Below, in pieces: positions 1 through 12,053 of a DNA stretch of 64,000 bases; the first letter of the stretch is position 1; each line of letters begins with the position of its first letter. The DNA lies in contig CM120648.1 of the NCBI GenBank assembly GCA_051362555.1, positions 10,536,587 through 10,600,586 of the forward strand, read 5' to 3'. Below the pieces are notes generated by a model. The model was not told the DNA's origin. It searched no databases and saw nothing but the letters and a program-made list of their open reading frames with translations. This stretch comes from Lingula anatina. Taxonomy: Eukaryota; Animalia; Brachiopoda. Made by a program: the position numbers and the translations under genes.

Positions 1-735
1 TCATGAAAAAATACATGAATATTTACCCTTGTCATGAAAAAATACATGCTTGTTCAGTCAAAATACGTTTTGCATTTTACCCACAGCTGCCAAATAAAAT
101 ATAGTCTTAGTCACAAATAATATTATTACTATTATCAAAACTGACACAAATTTAATTACTTGAGGTTCAAAACAGACATTTGAAAGCTTTGATGTCTAAC
201 AAAGTATAATTCTGAATAACTTATTTTTACCTGTGGAACCGGCTTTTAGCACGACCGCGTATTTCTCGTAACATTAAAATAATTCTCAAGCCAAACCCTC
301 GTTTTTTACCCCGTTCCGGTCAATCATGAATTCATTTATACATTTAACTATATAATGAAAAGCAGTAAACTTTTATGAATTCTCACATATTTTACTGCTT
401 TTCATTCTTGTAAATCGCCAGATCTGACATCACATGACACACGCATCACAAACTTAATCACAATCATTAAAATGAGCTTCTAAAAATCATTAGGCATCTT
501 GTTAAGACGTCATATACCTGATTATTTCAATAAGAGATACACATCCTTGCTCGAGACTAATAGTGTCCGTTAATATATGATCAATATGACGACGCTTCCC
601 CTCTCAAAGAGGATTTTCACTAGTCAAGAGATCATACGTAGTCTGCATTACTATTATATGTATGGCACTGGTCTGAATAATTAATTTGCTTTTGTTCCTG
701 TCACTCATCCTTTTCATTACCCTTAGTTATCCTTT

Positions 736-1195
736 AGACTTCATTCAGATTCAATCATCATGCCAGTTGGATCGATCCAACTCTGAGGAGATTCTCGCTA
801 AAGTGGATTCAGTGTAATCAGTTAAATTGTCTGACATACCTCTCTGAATAGCTAATTAATAAGTTTATTATCCTTAACAACTCTAGGGGTGCATTCCCAT
901 AGATTTAGATCGACCTAACTCCCTGGGGGCTCACGTTAAATTGCAGTCAGCCGAGCGCGCACCATAGTTAATTACCCCCTTACAGCTTTTAGTAGGCGGG
1001 ACAGACGCTTAAGCCGGCTAAGCTGACAGTAATCTAGTGAGACTCCCCACAGGGATAGATCGATCTAAAATCTATGGGAATGGGGTCTAGGAGGCGTGTC
1101 AGACATTTATATCAATTACAGTGATTGCACTTAGGGAGAATCAACCGCATAGTTGGATCGACCTAGCTAATACGATGGGTTTATCTGAATGCTTT
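736..1195. mobile_element. Degenerate palindromic MITE (PIF/Harbinger-like), host of a nested insertion
   Basis: Inverted ends cattcagat...atctgaatg, internal mirror blocks gttggatcga and tgtctgaca/tgtcagaca; resembles 11316-11571; split at its central CTAG by the 887-1087 element. Confidence 0.5.
887..1087. mobile_element. MITE family A (PIF/Harbinger-like), copy 1
   Basis: TIR cattcccatagattt...aaatctatgggaatg, 3-bp TAG duplication (884-886/1088-1090); near-identical copies at 25625-25840 and 51094-51319. Confidence 0.8.
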
Positions 1196-1463
1196 TAAGT
1201 GAGATTAGTTATCCTTTTTAGTGAGATAAGTAGAGGTATATCTGAAGAGAGTGGGCTACGTGCCCTGCCCTCTACCAGGGCGGCAGATATTATAAGCACA
1301 TTTTCCCCCAGCCACAGTTAGAAGATTGACCACATTTAGCCAGAGACACAAACTGTGCATATCTAGTGAAAAATCAATCTGTGGCCCTGGTAGAAAGTAA
1401 CATGCCCCGCCGCTCCCACCCAAGATCGGCTATGGTTGATGTAAGCCCAGTCACAGAACACCA

Positions 1464-3224
1464 CTATTGCCCAATATCAGACTCTAAAGCCTGAACCGCC
1501 TGTTTCAGGTCCACTATTGCTCTGTCTATGTCGTCCTTGGTCGTGTGTCGGCCAACACTCAAACGTAACGCGTTGGCGGCTGCGGTGGGATCCACTCCTG
1601 ACGCTAGCAAAATGTGAGAGGGCCTGGAATGGGAAATTTGCATTATAATAACAATGTAATATTAAACAGATAGAAAGAAACAATAAAAACCCGTGCGTAA
1701 AACAATGTAGGCAAAAAAAAAGAAGGTTAAAAGTTTTAAGGTAAAAATTAATCTCAATATTAACCGTTTACCTTGGGGTTCTAATGCTTTGATTATTATT
1801 AAAGCTACTGTTTGTAACAGTTATTTATGAACTTCATGTCAATCTTTAATGGTAATACTAAAATAAATTATTATCGTTATTGGCATAATAACTTACACAT
1901 TTATGTACCTATCTTTTGTTACTTATCTTGATCGATATATAAAAAAAGGATTTCAAGATGTTTAAATATCAATATCACTTAAAGCCTTTTTCTACCAAAG
2001 GTAACAAATGTAATGTGAGTACTACGGTACCTATTCTGTGCATGGCAGGCTGCCCCTACACTGGTCTGTACATATTTCAACTTGGACAGTACCTGGAACC
2101 CTGCAATATGTGCAGAGATAGCAAAGGTACCAACATGATTATGAACAAGCAATGCGCTCAGAGAGAGCAGACCTCCGCCAAGGCAGCTCAATTAATTCGC
2201 ATTTTTCATCGGCCAATCAATCAATCAATCAATCAATCGATCAATCAACCAACCAATCAATTGATCAATCAATCATTCAAGCACGCAAGCAAGCAAACAA
2301 TCAATCAATCAAGCAACCAATCAATTTTAATTGATTAAAATTAATTAACCTATAGACTAAATAGAAACTCCCTCAAATATGCAAAGCCACAAAATAAATA
2401 AATAAAAACTCTAAACAAATCAAGTAAATATTTTACCATGTAATTTGGCCCCTAGAATGGACACATTGCATGTGTTTGGAAGTCTTGGCACCTTGGGATA
2501 TCTCCCATTGAATTTGACTCTGTCAGGAAAGGTTGTCTGAAGTAAAATAGTGCATTAACTATTAAATATGGTGGGTCTAAAATTATTTGTGTATGTGTAT
2601 GTGTGTGTGGGGGGGGGCACAGGGTCACGGGTGTGTGTGTGTGTGTGTGCGTGTGTGTGAAAAGAAAGGTTCTTTGTGTTATATGGACAACCACATCAAA
2701 ACACTTGTTGCATATAATATAATCACTTATTTTTCCAGAAAACTAAAAAAAAATTCAGAAATGAAATATTACACACCACTCATAGGAAACAGTAAAAAGC
2801 AATATCAAAAAGTGCTTAAATAATATTGATATTTTACTTGGACATCAATAACATTACCTCTAACTGTGTCTCTAAGTAGTTTCGTATCTTTTCCATGTGG
2901 CCTCCATAAACCTGGACATTTCTTGACACTAGTTCTGCTGCCTGTAAAGAAAATTACAGTTTTTTTTTATTCAAGATTTAACTTGTATATGATGTTATAT
3001 TGTTTTCACATTGATTTTATTATTATTTTTTTACAATCTACAACAAAACAGTGATGCAGAAAATTTTATGAATGAGAAAGAAATGAGTGTCAAATAAACT
3101 TATCTACAAAACTAAATATATAAAACTATATACAGTAAACTCTGTGAAGTTAGTTCTGTCCACTTACTGTAACATATAACTCAAATCTATATTTATAATG
3201 CTTCATCTCAAACAAAACCTATGG

Positions 3225-3285
<61 letters not shown>

Positions 3286-5181
3286 CACTGCCTAATAAGT
3301 AAACTCGAATATTTGCATAACCCGTAAAAACTTTCCAGTCCCAAAGTGTCACTGCATATAAAACATCTTACCTTTCCCAACCCAGCAATCATAGGGGTAT
3401 TTTCTGTCCTGAAATAAATAAACCTGGCATCATTTACTGACATGTCCGAATTCATATAAAACTATTAAAACATCCTACACGGGCTCATTTTTATTTGCAG
3501 AAACTTGTAGTGACACCACCAACTAATGTTCTCCCCCAAATGTTTGGACAAATCATAATTTACAAAATAACTGGTTATATTCAGTTGTCAAACTCTTCAA
3601 ATATTGTGACAGTGATAGAGATATGTATACCACACAATATGAACAGTGAGCTTTATTGCTGACTGACATGATCAATAATTTGATGCCACAGAAAATTACT
3701 TACCCAGGTCTGTAGTTTCTTTCCTGTCCCCCTCCATAGAACATAGGATACAGAGGAGCTGTCCCCGCCCTGCCAGGGAAATACAGAGCTCCAATACGGG
3801 GGCCATAGAACTGTGTGAAAACCAAATCAAATATATTGATATAAGATTACCATTCAACATAAAAATATGTTTGTCAAATTTTTCATCCATTAAATTTAAG
3901 TTAGTAATACATTAACAGTGCTCTCATGAACAATTTTCAAATTAGTATTGTTACAATATACCAATTTTATGACTACTGATACAAAATGACAATTTTTTTC
4001 AATCCCATGGCACACACAAACACCTACAAATTTTCTCTAAATCAACTGACAGATACTTATCACAGATTTAAATGATTCACTGCTAAAAAAAATCTTTTCT
4101 TAAAATGATTTCATGTTCTTTAAAATATAATACAATAAATCTTAGCAAAGAACAAATATCAAGATGACCACAGGGTAGACATTACCATATGGCCCACAAT
4201 GGTGAAGTAGTCCACTCTCAAGTCCTGGACACTGACCGGTATTTTGCCCAAGGCCTGGGCGGCGTCAGTATGGAGGAAGATACGAGAAGTCTCGCCATCG
4301 CCTCTTTTTATTGTCCTCAATCTTTCTGCTATCTCAGCGATTGGCTGCAAGGAAATCAGTATACATAAAGTGCCTATGGCCGCATTCAGAACAGTGGACT
4401 AACTAGTCTGCGGGTCAAATATGGCCGACCCACTTGAATACTTTCTCAAGGGAAATCTTTTCAGTGTCTATTAGCAGATTAGACAGCAAGCTTTTTAGTG
4501 AGTCGCCATATTTGAACCGCGGACTAGTCAGTCCACTGTTCTGAATGCAGTCTATGAGGTGTCTGAAATGTAATGGGACTGTATCATAAACAATTAACCT
4601 AAATTCCAAATCACTAGCTGCAAGTTTTTCCCCCTAAAAACTAAAACCAATCTCATTATTGAGTCTTCTGCTTTTTCCTACCCTTCCAGCAGCATGTAGG
4701 GGCATGAAAGAGGTCTTTAATAACAGCCATAAATTAAATGTTATCAAAAACAACATTCATTTTTTTTAGTTGGTGCTCATGCATAAAAATCCTTTCATTT
4801 ATTTATTTCATAAATAAGTGATTCATTAACTTATACACCAAGTTATTCATTTATTTATTTATGGTCAATTGGTCTCATTTACCAATTCACACATTGATTA
4901 TGTACTCTATTTATTTATTTATTTATTTATTTATTTATTAATCCTGAAGATCACCCACCTGTATTATCCCTGTCTCATTATTAGCTAACATCACAGAGAC
5001 AAGTACTGTGTATGGCTTGATGGCAGCTATCACATCTTCTGGCACAATCTGTCCTGTGTCTTTACTTACTGGTACAAATGTCACCTCTGAAAATGATAAA
5101 AGTTTTTATAGACACCCGAGCAATCCTTTTTGTAGATTGTTAAGCTCTTCAAAGAAAGCACAAGTAATCATTGAATCGAAC

Positions 5182-5229
<48 letters not shown>

Positions 5230-7270
5230 GTAACTTGGTAGTGCGCATATCATCAGAAAGACGCTATCCATCTCATGAACACTAAAATCGCCTCAGAGTC
5301 ATGGTATGACTCCGGCATCTTAGTAATTACCAAAGGTCACAAGAATCATCACATAATGATAATAATAATAATAATAACTAACCTGCTTTCCTCAATGTCT
5401 GATACTCCTGTAAAACTATTTTAATGGAATCATGTTCTATATTGGAAGTGATAAAGTGAGGTAACTTTTTGTCTGGTGGAACTGAGATGCCGTGCCCCTC
5501 TGTTTGTCTCTCTAAAGCAGTTTTATTGTATTTGAATTCAAAATGGCTGAGCATGGTATGAAAGACCATGTTGTTGGATTCGGTCCCTCCTGATGTGAAC
5601 ACAATGTCTGAAATAAGAAATTATGACAATTATATAAGGATTATAATTATTGTTACAGTATTGAACTTTAAATTTGAATGAGAAATCAGTTTGAATTTTT
5701 GACAAAAATTCTTTATCAAGATTCAACGAAAAAACTAAAGCCAAGGTAAGAAATGAACAAAAATAAAAGTGATTTTCATGCAATTAAAATATCTGGTTCA
5801 AAAACTAATCATTGAACATATTTAATTATTATACTTGTACCTTGAACGTTTCCACCTATCATATCAGCAATATTTTGACGAGCTTCATCAATGATCTGCT
5901 TCACACTTTTGCCTGGAAAGAAACGAAATAAGGTAGTTTACTCCTAAATTACCTACATCTCACGGAAAATGATTTCAAAACAACACTATAGAATAATTTT
6001 TAAAAGAATGAATAAAGAGAAACATTAACCTCTAAAATTAAAACAAACAGATAAACAACCAAATAAATAAATAAACTAGAAAAGCACTCTGAGAGTGCAG
6101 ACCTCCACCGAGGCAGCAAAGTCTCTATCCACTGCCATTTCACCCCTAAATTTTTGATATTTTTGATTATTGATTATTGACTGATTATTGATCCGGAACA
6201 CCACCAAAAACTAATCATCTGTTCCTTGGCCCACTTCTGACAGTTCCTGAAAATTTCATCAAAATCGGTCCATAACTTTTTGAGTCATGTTGATGACAGC
6301 CAGACAGGCAAACAAACAAACAGGGGTGAAAACATAACCTCCTTGGCAGAGGTAATAACCCATTCCCTGGTCAATCATAATGAACCCATTGGGTGGTTTA
6401 CCTGAGGTGTCAGTGGCATAAGAACTGCTTGGATTCTGCCAGGCCTCTCGTAGGGTTCTGCTTATTGTTTCCACCACCTCTTCCTCCAGTGGTGTGGTGG
6501 CATTGTAGTCCAGGTAGATCCTGAAACCAGTGAGCTTTATAGTGTCATCTCTAAGGAGACACTCAGAATAGAAAATCCGAGTATCAACTGATCCAAGGAT
6601 CAAATATGGCGGACTCTACATGAAAGGAAGGGCGCTTCCTCCAGTAATGGTCTCTCCGACTCTCACACGCCTTCCCACGCGTTGTCCCTGCAGGGGCAGA
6701 GTAATTAAATCTGGGCTCCATTCGACCATATGTGTGTGGAGGCTTGAGAGACCATTACAGGATAAAGCAGTCTTCCTTTCATGTACAGTCAAGACTGCAT
6801 TCAAAACAGCAGACTAACTAGTCTGTGGATCAAATATGGCTGTCCCACTTGAGTACTTGTTGTGTAATCCCCACTGGGTACCTCTTCAGTGCTTGTTAGG
6901 GGAATTCAGACAGCAGACTTTTAAGTGGGTTGCCATATTTGATTAGCAGGTTAGTAAGCCTGCTGTTCTGAATAATATCTTCTTTTCTCGATGAGCATGT
7001 TAACATTACCAAATATTTAATTACATTAAAATTAAGTAGCAAATTAATAAGAGTGATGGTGCCTAATTATTCAGACTATAAAATATAACCACTACATGAG
7101 TTCTAGCGAGTAGTACATGCATGCGTGCCCGCTATATCACTTATAATGATATCATGGAATATGTTCAGTTTATCAAGAAGTCTGACTAGAAAACGGTTTC
7201 GTTTTGGAAAATTCACTCACATATCCTCGACGTCATTCTGCAGCTCAGGGCCACTGATGTTGTGTTCCAT
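1464..7270 (-). CDS. SCLY: Selenocysteine lyase (class-V PLP-dependent, NifS-like), 12 coding exons; PLP-Lys codon reads Met
   Basis: Exons 7221-7270, 6402-6520, 5841-5912, 5383-5607, 4959-5086, 4186-4344, 3704-3810, 3372-3408, 2858-2941, 2437-2536, 2031-2100, 1464-1623; all GT-AG and in phase. Motifs [24 protein letters not shown] (SCLY-type Asp), [60 protein letters not shown]. Confidence 0.95.
2143..2340. mobile_element. Partial Helentron/HINE-like element with (CAAT)n microsatellite
   Basis: gagagagcagacctccgccaaggcagc matches the end of 6073-6358, followed by degenerate (CAAT)n 2214-2322. Confidence 0.5.
3229..3281. repeat. (TA)n microsatellite
   Basis: Pure TA run; similar runs at 8787-8864, 34852-34881 and 50299-50352. 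Confidence 0.95.
4378..4552. mobile_element. MITE family B (PIF/Harbinger-like)
   Basis: TIR gcattcagaacagtggact...agtccactgttctgaatgc, TAT target duplication on both sides; relatives at 6793-6978, 45419-45671, 51323-51506, 54845-54985. Confidence 0.8.
6073..6358. mobile_element. Helentron/HINE (DINE-1-like) non-autonomous element
   Basis: Subterminal inverted motifs acctccaccgagg / ccttggcagaggt, terminal aaaacataacctccttggcagaggtaat, internal (gattatt)n and (acag/aaac)n microsatellites; relatives at 2143 and 51527. Confidence 0.6.
6793..6978. mobile_element. MITE family B copy
   Basis: gactgcattcaaaacagcagactaactagtctgtggatcaaatatggc...gccatatttgat...ctgctgttctgaat; aligns with 4378-4552. 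Confidence 0.75.
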
Positions 7271-8272
7271 TTGTTTAGACAGCCTATCCTGCCAACAGAA
7301 AGGTGAAACGTATATATAGGCTACACAGGTAACCAGTTCAACGTGGAAGAATGGTCGACGCGAGTTGGAAGGTCCACCGCGCACTTGCATTGTGCATGTG
7401 ACCTCAGTCAATAACAAAAGCATGCTGTTGCATCGATGTCTTCTCGGTTGAACATAAACTACAAAATAGAACTTTAGTTTTGTAGTTTTTTCAAGATTTA
7501 TTGTTAATATAGACCTCTAAATTGTATCGTGTTATAGAAAATACCAAGTTAAGGAGAAAGCTAAAACTGACAAAAGGTATTGACTGGTCTATTAGATTAT
7601 GCCACTGCCTTTATGGTGGTTACTGGCATGGTTTTTTTAATTTTTGTTTTTTCTTTTATTTTTGAAATGACGATTTAAGTGAAAGTTTTATAGTTAAATC
7701 TCCTCTTAATGTTTATCTAATTTGAATAAAAGAACCTATGTTTTGTCTTTAGTCAGTTTAGTTTTTGAACTCTATTTTTACTTGTCTCATGAAAGCAACC
7801 AGTGCTGCTGGTACGTACTGTAGTAGTAGTATACTGTAGTGTTACATGTGCCCAATTCAATAGTGATGGTGTTTCAAATGTCCGTCTAATTATGCATTTT
7901 GATGAATTACAGAAGTACAAATACACACAATCTCACACAAACAGTACATGCATATTTACTATAGCACTTGAAAAGAATAAAAGAAAATGTTAGAGGTGGA
8001 TTAATTATTTATTTTCTCTCTTTAAAAACCACATTCATTTTAAAAGTATTATATTATCATATTGAGCCACAACAAGCTGGCCCAGAAATAATGTGTTTCA
8101 GCTAAATTAATACAAAATTTAAAAAATATATTAGATTCTTATGATGTCCCATGTTATTATTATTACTATTATTATTATTATTATTATAATTATTATTATG
8201 AACTGAGTGAAAGAAGAGTTACATTCTTGTGATAACTATAGGTGTCCTTTAAGATGGACAAACCTCTACAAT

Positions 8273-8440
8273 CAGGCCCGTAGCCAGGGGGGGTTCGGGG
8301 GGTTAGAAAGAACCGCCCCTTTTGCTGGGAAAAGGTCCACTCTGGGTAAAATTTGACCTAGGTACATAAAGTTTTTATGGAAAAAGGTCCACTTATTCAG
8401 AAAAAGAACCCCCCTTTTGAAATTGCTGGCTACGGGCCTG
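8273..8440. mobile_element. hAT-like MITE with 5-bp TSD
   Basis: 15-bp perfect TIR caggcccgtagccag/ctggctacgggcctg, flanked by ACAAT (8268-8272, 8441-8445); degenerate relative at 26268-26397. Confidence 0.8.
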
Positions 8441-8461
8441 ACAATATTATAGTATGCTAAC

Positions 8462-8782
8462 CTGTCCTGTGGTGGGATGGTTGCTATGCCCTGTGGTGGG
8501 ATGGTTGCTATGCCCTGTGGTGGGATGGTTGCTATGCCCTGTGGTGGGATGGTTGCTATGCCCTGTGGTGGGATGGTTGCTATGCCCTGTGGTGGGATGG
8601 TTGCTATGCCCTGATGGGAATTGCATGTGGTACTCAACTACACTCTCAATATCAGAAGCACCACTGAGACTATCCCTCAGGCGTTTTGAGGCCTCTGCTC
8701 TTTTCCAGGTGGTATTTTCCGTTATCTAAGAATGCAATAATATCAAATGTTATTATAAATATGTGTAGGCTGTTAGCCTTAT

Positions 8783-8867
<85 letters not shown>

Positions 8868-10104
8868 CAAAAGGGTATTTCATGATTGCTGCAAAAATCT
8901 CATCCTAATGATGACTTTACTTTTGTTTTGTGATTGGGTACACTAAGATTGAGGATTTTTAAGAGGGAAGTTTGCCTCAAGCCAGTGACAAATACTTTGA
9001 CAACATAAGATAAACATTTGGAGATGACAGATATGTTTTTCACATTTTAAATTGCAATGAACAGCTTCACTGCTGAAGAAAATTCTATATACTAGTACAA
9101 TCACTAGATGAAAAATGTTACTCTTACCTTAAATCCAGGAAAACGCACAACCTGGGAAACATATATCTGTGCTCTACAATTTTGTTTTTTGGTCTGAAAC
9201 ATTTTTCTTCTTTTAATGATTACATGATCTTCTTTCTGAAAAATATAAAGGATTTACCCTGTGTGTTATCAAAGGCCTTAAACTGGCATTTAATAACAGT
9301 GTATCAAATACATTTTAGACAATTAAGTCACCAATACATTGCTTTGTTCATTTAATTTTACATTTCATTTCATTTTTTAAGTAATGAAAAACATTCACCA
9401 TTTTCTTCTCTGTCTTCTTTTTATAGTCCTCTTTCTTCTTTTTCCCATAGTCTTTCCCAAGGTGACATACCAAAACGAGCCTCCCCAAGTGAACATAAGG
9501 GGTCCCGTCATATGGGATTTCTGGTGCAGTTAAACCCTTCTGTGCTTGCCAGTAAATCACTGGTGGCTTCTTTTTAATTGTGTTCTTCCAATCTAAACAA
9601 AGAAGTGACATTTCTCATTTAACAGTTCTTTATATACTGACAGTCAATGAAAATGCATCATTAATTTATCAAATTATATTTTAAGTTCCTTTGGAACATT
9701 AAGAAAATAACAGTTTTCCTGTGAAATATGACCCATTATTCAGTCAAGAAAGGCGACTCTCAAACATGTGCATTTGAACTCGTTTATATGGTTGGAATCG
9801 ATTCTCTGTAAAAAAGTACAAAAAGTTCACTGATACGTTTTCATTGACTGTCACTATATATGTCAGTGAACATTTGGGTGCATATTTACAAACCCTTTGT
9901 GGACACGTCCCCCTTCTGCTCTAAACACAATTGTTTACACATCTTACGCACTTTATTCATGCGAAAAACAAATAAAAATTAAGATAAAACGTACATACCT
10001 TTTCCAAATGATTTGCTCTTTTGTAGAATCACAAATTTTGAAGATGTCTCTCTTTCAAAGGCCAAAATTGACGCATTGACTGAAGGTAGACTGTTCATCG
10101 CCAT
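8462..10104 (-). CDS. CaRF/ALS2CR8-like (WRKY-GCM1-type Zn finger) protein, 4 exons, at least 224 codons; no transposase DDE domain seen
   Basis: Exons 9999-10104, 9399-9592, 9128-9235, 8462-8725 join in frame with no stops: ...AFERETSSKFV..KSFG..IPYDGTPYVHLGRLVLVCHLG..TKKQNCRAQIYVSQVVRFPGFK..SKRLR..(GHSNHPTT)x6. The 3' end is uncertain (donor at 8461, or stop at 8447 if unspliced). Confidence 0.75.
8467..8613. repeat. 24-bp tandem repeat, 6 identical copies, coding
   Basis: Unit ctgtggtgggatggttgctatgcc; in the CaRF-like frame it encodes GHSNHPTT. Confidence 0.95.
9631..9860. mobile_element. Tc1/mariner-type MITE in CaRF-like intron 1
   Basis: tatatactgacagtcaatgaaaa...ttttcattgactgtcactatata inverted ends in TA context. 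Confidence 0.7.
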
Positions 10105-10134
10105 TGATAAAAATTCGCGAGGATTATAGCGTCA

Positions 10135-10452
10135 TTCACTCATTGATCATGTTGACAATGAAGAGGCTCTAAACAGATTGACCAAAAAGGCAACTCCTCA
10201 ACACTGTCAGAGATAAACAACAGAAGTTCTTGAGACATTCCAACAAAAAAAGAGGGATTGGAGAATCTTAGCCTTAGTGGTAGACTACTTGGCAAAAGTG
10301 CCTGAGACAGACAACGAAAAACCTTCCTTGACCATTTTGAATTACCAACAAGACACCTTTGGTCATAGGCGAGAAACATAACCCATTGGCAAAATATCAA
10401 CGTTCGTCAAACACCGCATCGGTGATGGCACATGAAGAAGAAGAAGAAGAAG
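10135..10452 (+). mobile_element. Degenerate 3' end of an RTE-type LINE
   Basis: Frameshifted translation DHVDNEEALNRL..QLLNTVRDKQQKFLRH..EGLENLSLSGRLLGKSA*DRQRKTFLD matches the RTE RT C-terminal pattern; ends in gatggcacat(gaa)n tail. Confidence 0.75.
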
Positions 10453-11315
10453 CGATGATATATATAATATACGATCTTCACATTAAACATCACAAGTGCA
10501 ATGCATGTGCGCGGTGGACATTAGACTCGCGGTTTGGAAATTAATACCGTCGACCATTCTAGTTTTAGTTGTGGCTTTTTCCGGTCTCTTTTACAGAAGA
10601 GCTTTTACAGATTGCGTTAGGTGAGACGGGTCTCAACCTAGTTCACCTGCCGCATTATTTCTACCAGGGTCCTAGCTTTTTTGTCGCGTTCACTTCTTGG
10701 TTTCATCTCCTCAACACACAGTTACCTTTTAAGTTTCAATAGCTGCTGAAATATACTACTTAACAAGCCAAGTCAGCTAAAGACAATATGCTGAATTCAT
10801 ATCCTTTAATATAGGCCTACCCGCAAAGAGAATATCACAGCAAATCTTAGCTTAGGTTTAGTTGTAGGCTAAATCTAGAAGTATGGCTGATTCCTTTAGG
10901 TTACAGTCTCAATTAATATGGCTTAAGAAATTAAAGGTTAACATTAGATTTTTATCAAAGGTCTACAATTATAAATTCAAGGGTTAAATAATTATAATTT
11001 ATCCAATTAAAATTACATTAATTTAAAGGGATAGCAGAATTAAAACAAATTTTACTGTATCAATTATAGACCTTATGTAAACTAATTTAAAAGGGAAGTC
11101 TTTGAAAGTTCTTAAAAGTTTTCATGTCATTTGAAGTGCTTATATCAATAGGTAAATCATTCTACATGTATAACTTTGGTGCACATATTGGTGCACATAT
11201 TGCTCGTTCATTATAATATATGTTAACTTTTTTTCTCTAAAACAGAATGTTCTGAAAGTATAAACTTATAAAGCGTAACTTAACTTTACGTATAAACTAT
11301 AATAGCATAGACTAA

Positions 11316-11571
11316 AACCCCATCCCCATACCTTTGTCGATCGAGCAGGATCCTATCTCCGAGGGGATTCTCGATGAATTAAATTGCATTCAACTTAAGC
11401 GGTTAAGATGTCTAGCACGCCTACTGTAGCTGCGAAACGATTGTTTATTACCCCTAACAGCTTCAGTAGGCGTGTCATACGTCAGAGCCGCTTAAGCTAA
11501 GTGAATTTAGCGAGAAACCCTTTGGAGATTGGTCGATCCTGCTAGATCGAGCTAGGAATGGGAATGGGGTC
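11316..11571. mobile_element. PIF/Harbinger-like MITE, distant relative of family A
   Basis: accccatccccat...atgggaatggggt ends in TAA/TTA context; internal ttacccctaacagcttcagtaggcgtgtc similar to family A. Confidence 0.6.
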
Positions 11572-12053
11572 TTAAAGTGGAATATCCCTAATAACGCTGG
11601 TGTGTTTTCACGAAAGAACTTAAGAGCAAAATTTGGTCAAAACTTTTAGAATAAAAGGTTTAATTAAATTTTAACCTTAAACAAACCAGTATAGCAGGTC
11701 GAGACCAAACAGGTTGAATATTTCAAGTGTTTATAGAAATAAATGGCAATATCAGAGGACTGCTACAGATTTATCCTAAATAATACAAAACCAAAATTTT
11801 TGTTCTTTAAATTTGACCAACCTTTTCTGTCTCAGTTTTTCTTATGTAACCGGACCCAGTTCTTAAACTCATGCCACTGAGTCACTGGACAGATTGGATG
11901 GTTGGTGAGGGGCGTGGGGAGGGGGGGGGGTTACACGACAATACTTCTCGGCTGTAGCTTGAGCACTTAATCCTGGATTATGTACAAAATAAACTTATTA
12001 TCATTAACCTCGCTATCCGGAATAAATATTGATGTCAGTGAGTAACCGATGAA

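Larger units (their letters stand above)
7348..10560. mobile_element. Putative non-autonomous TIR DNA transposon (MULE-like?) carrying a CaRF-like gene
   Basis: agaatggtcgacg (7348-7360) is the exact reverse complement of 10548-10560; 7372-7401 matches the reverse complement of 10490-10519 at 26/30. No target-site duplication recognised. Confidence 0.65.

Noticed and set aside
1200-1463. SECIS or Sec recoding in SCLY
   Set aside because: No in-frame TGA in the spliced CDS (it ends in TAG) and no convincing SECIS core recognised.
1958-2338. 126-aa and 60-aa + strand ORFs
   Set aside because: Antisense to SCLY exon 11 and extended by a (CAAT)n microsatellite.
6402-8462. CaRF-like/SCLY fusion protein
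   Set aside because: The CaRF-like exon 4 donor is phase 0 while SCLY exon 2 needs phase 2; SCLY has its own ATG exon.
8272-8729. ORF-track proteins with QGIATIPP or CPVVGWLL repeats
   Set aside because: Alternative frames of the 24-bp repeat; splice phase and homology support the GHSNHPTT frame.
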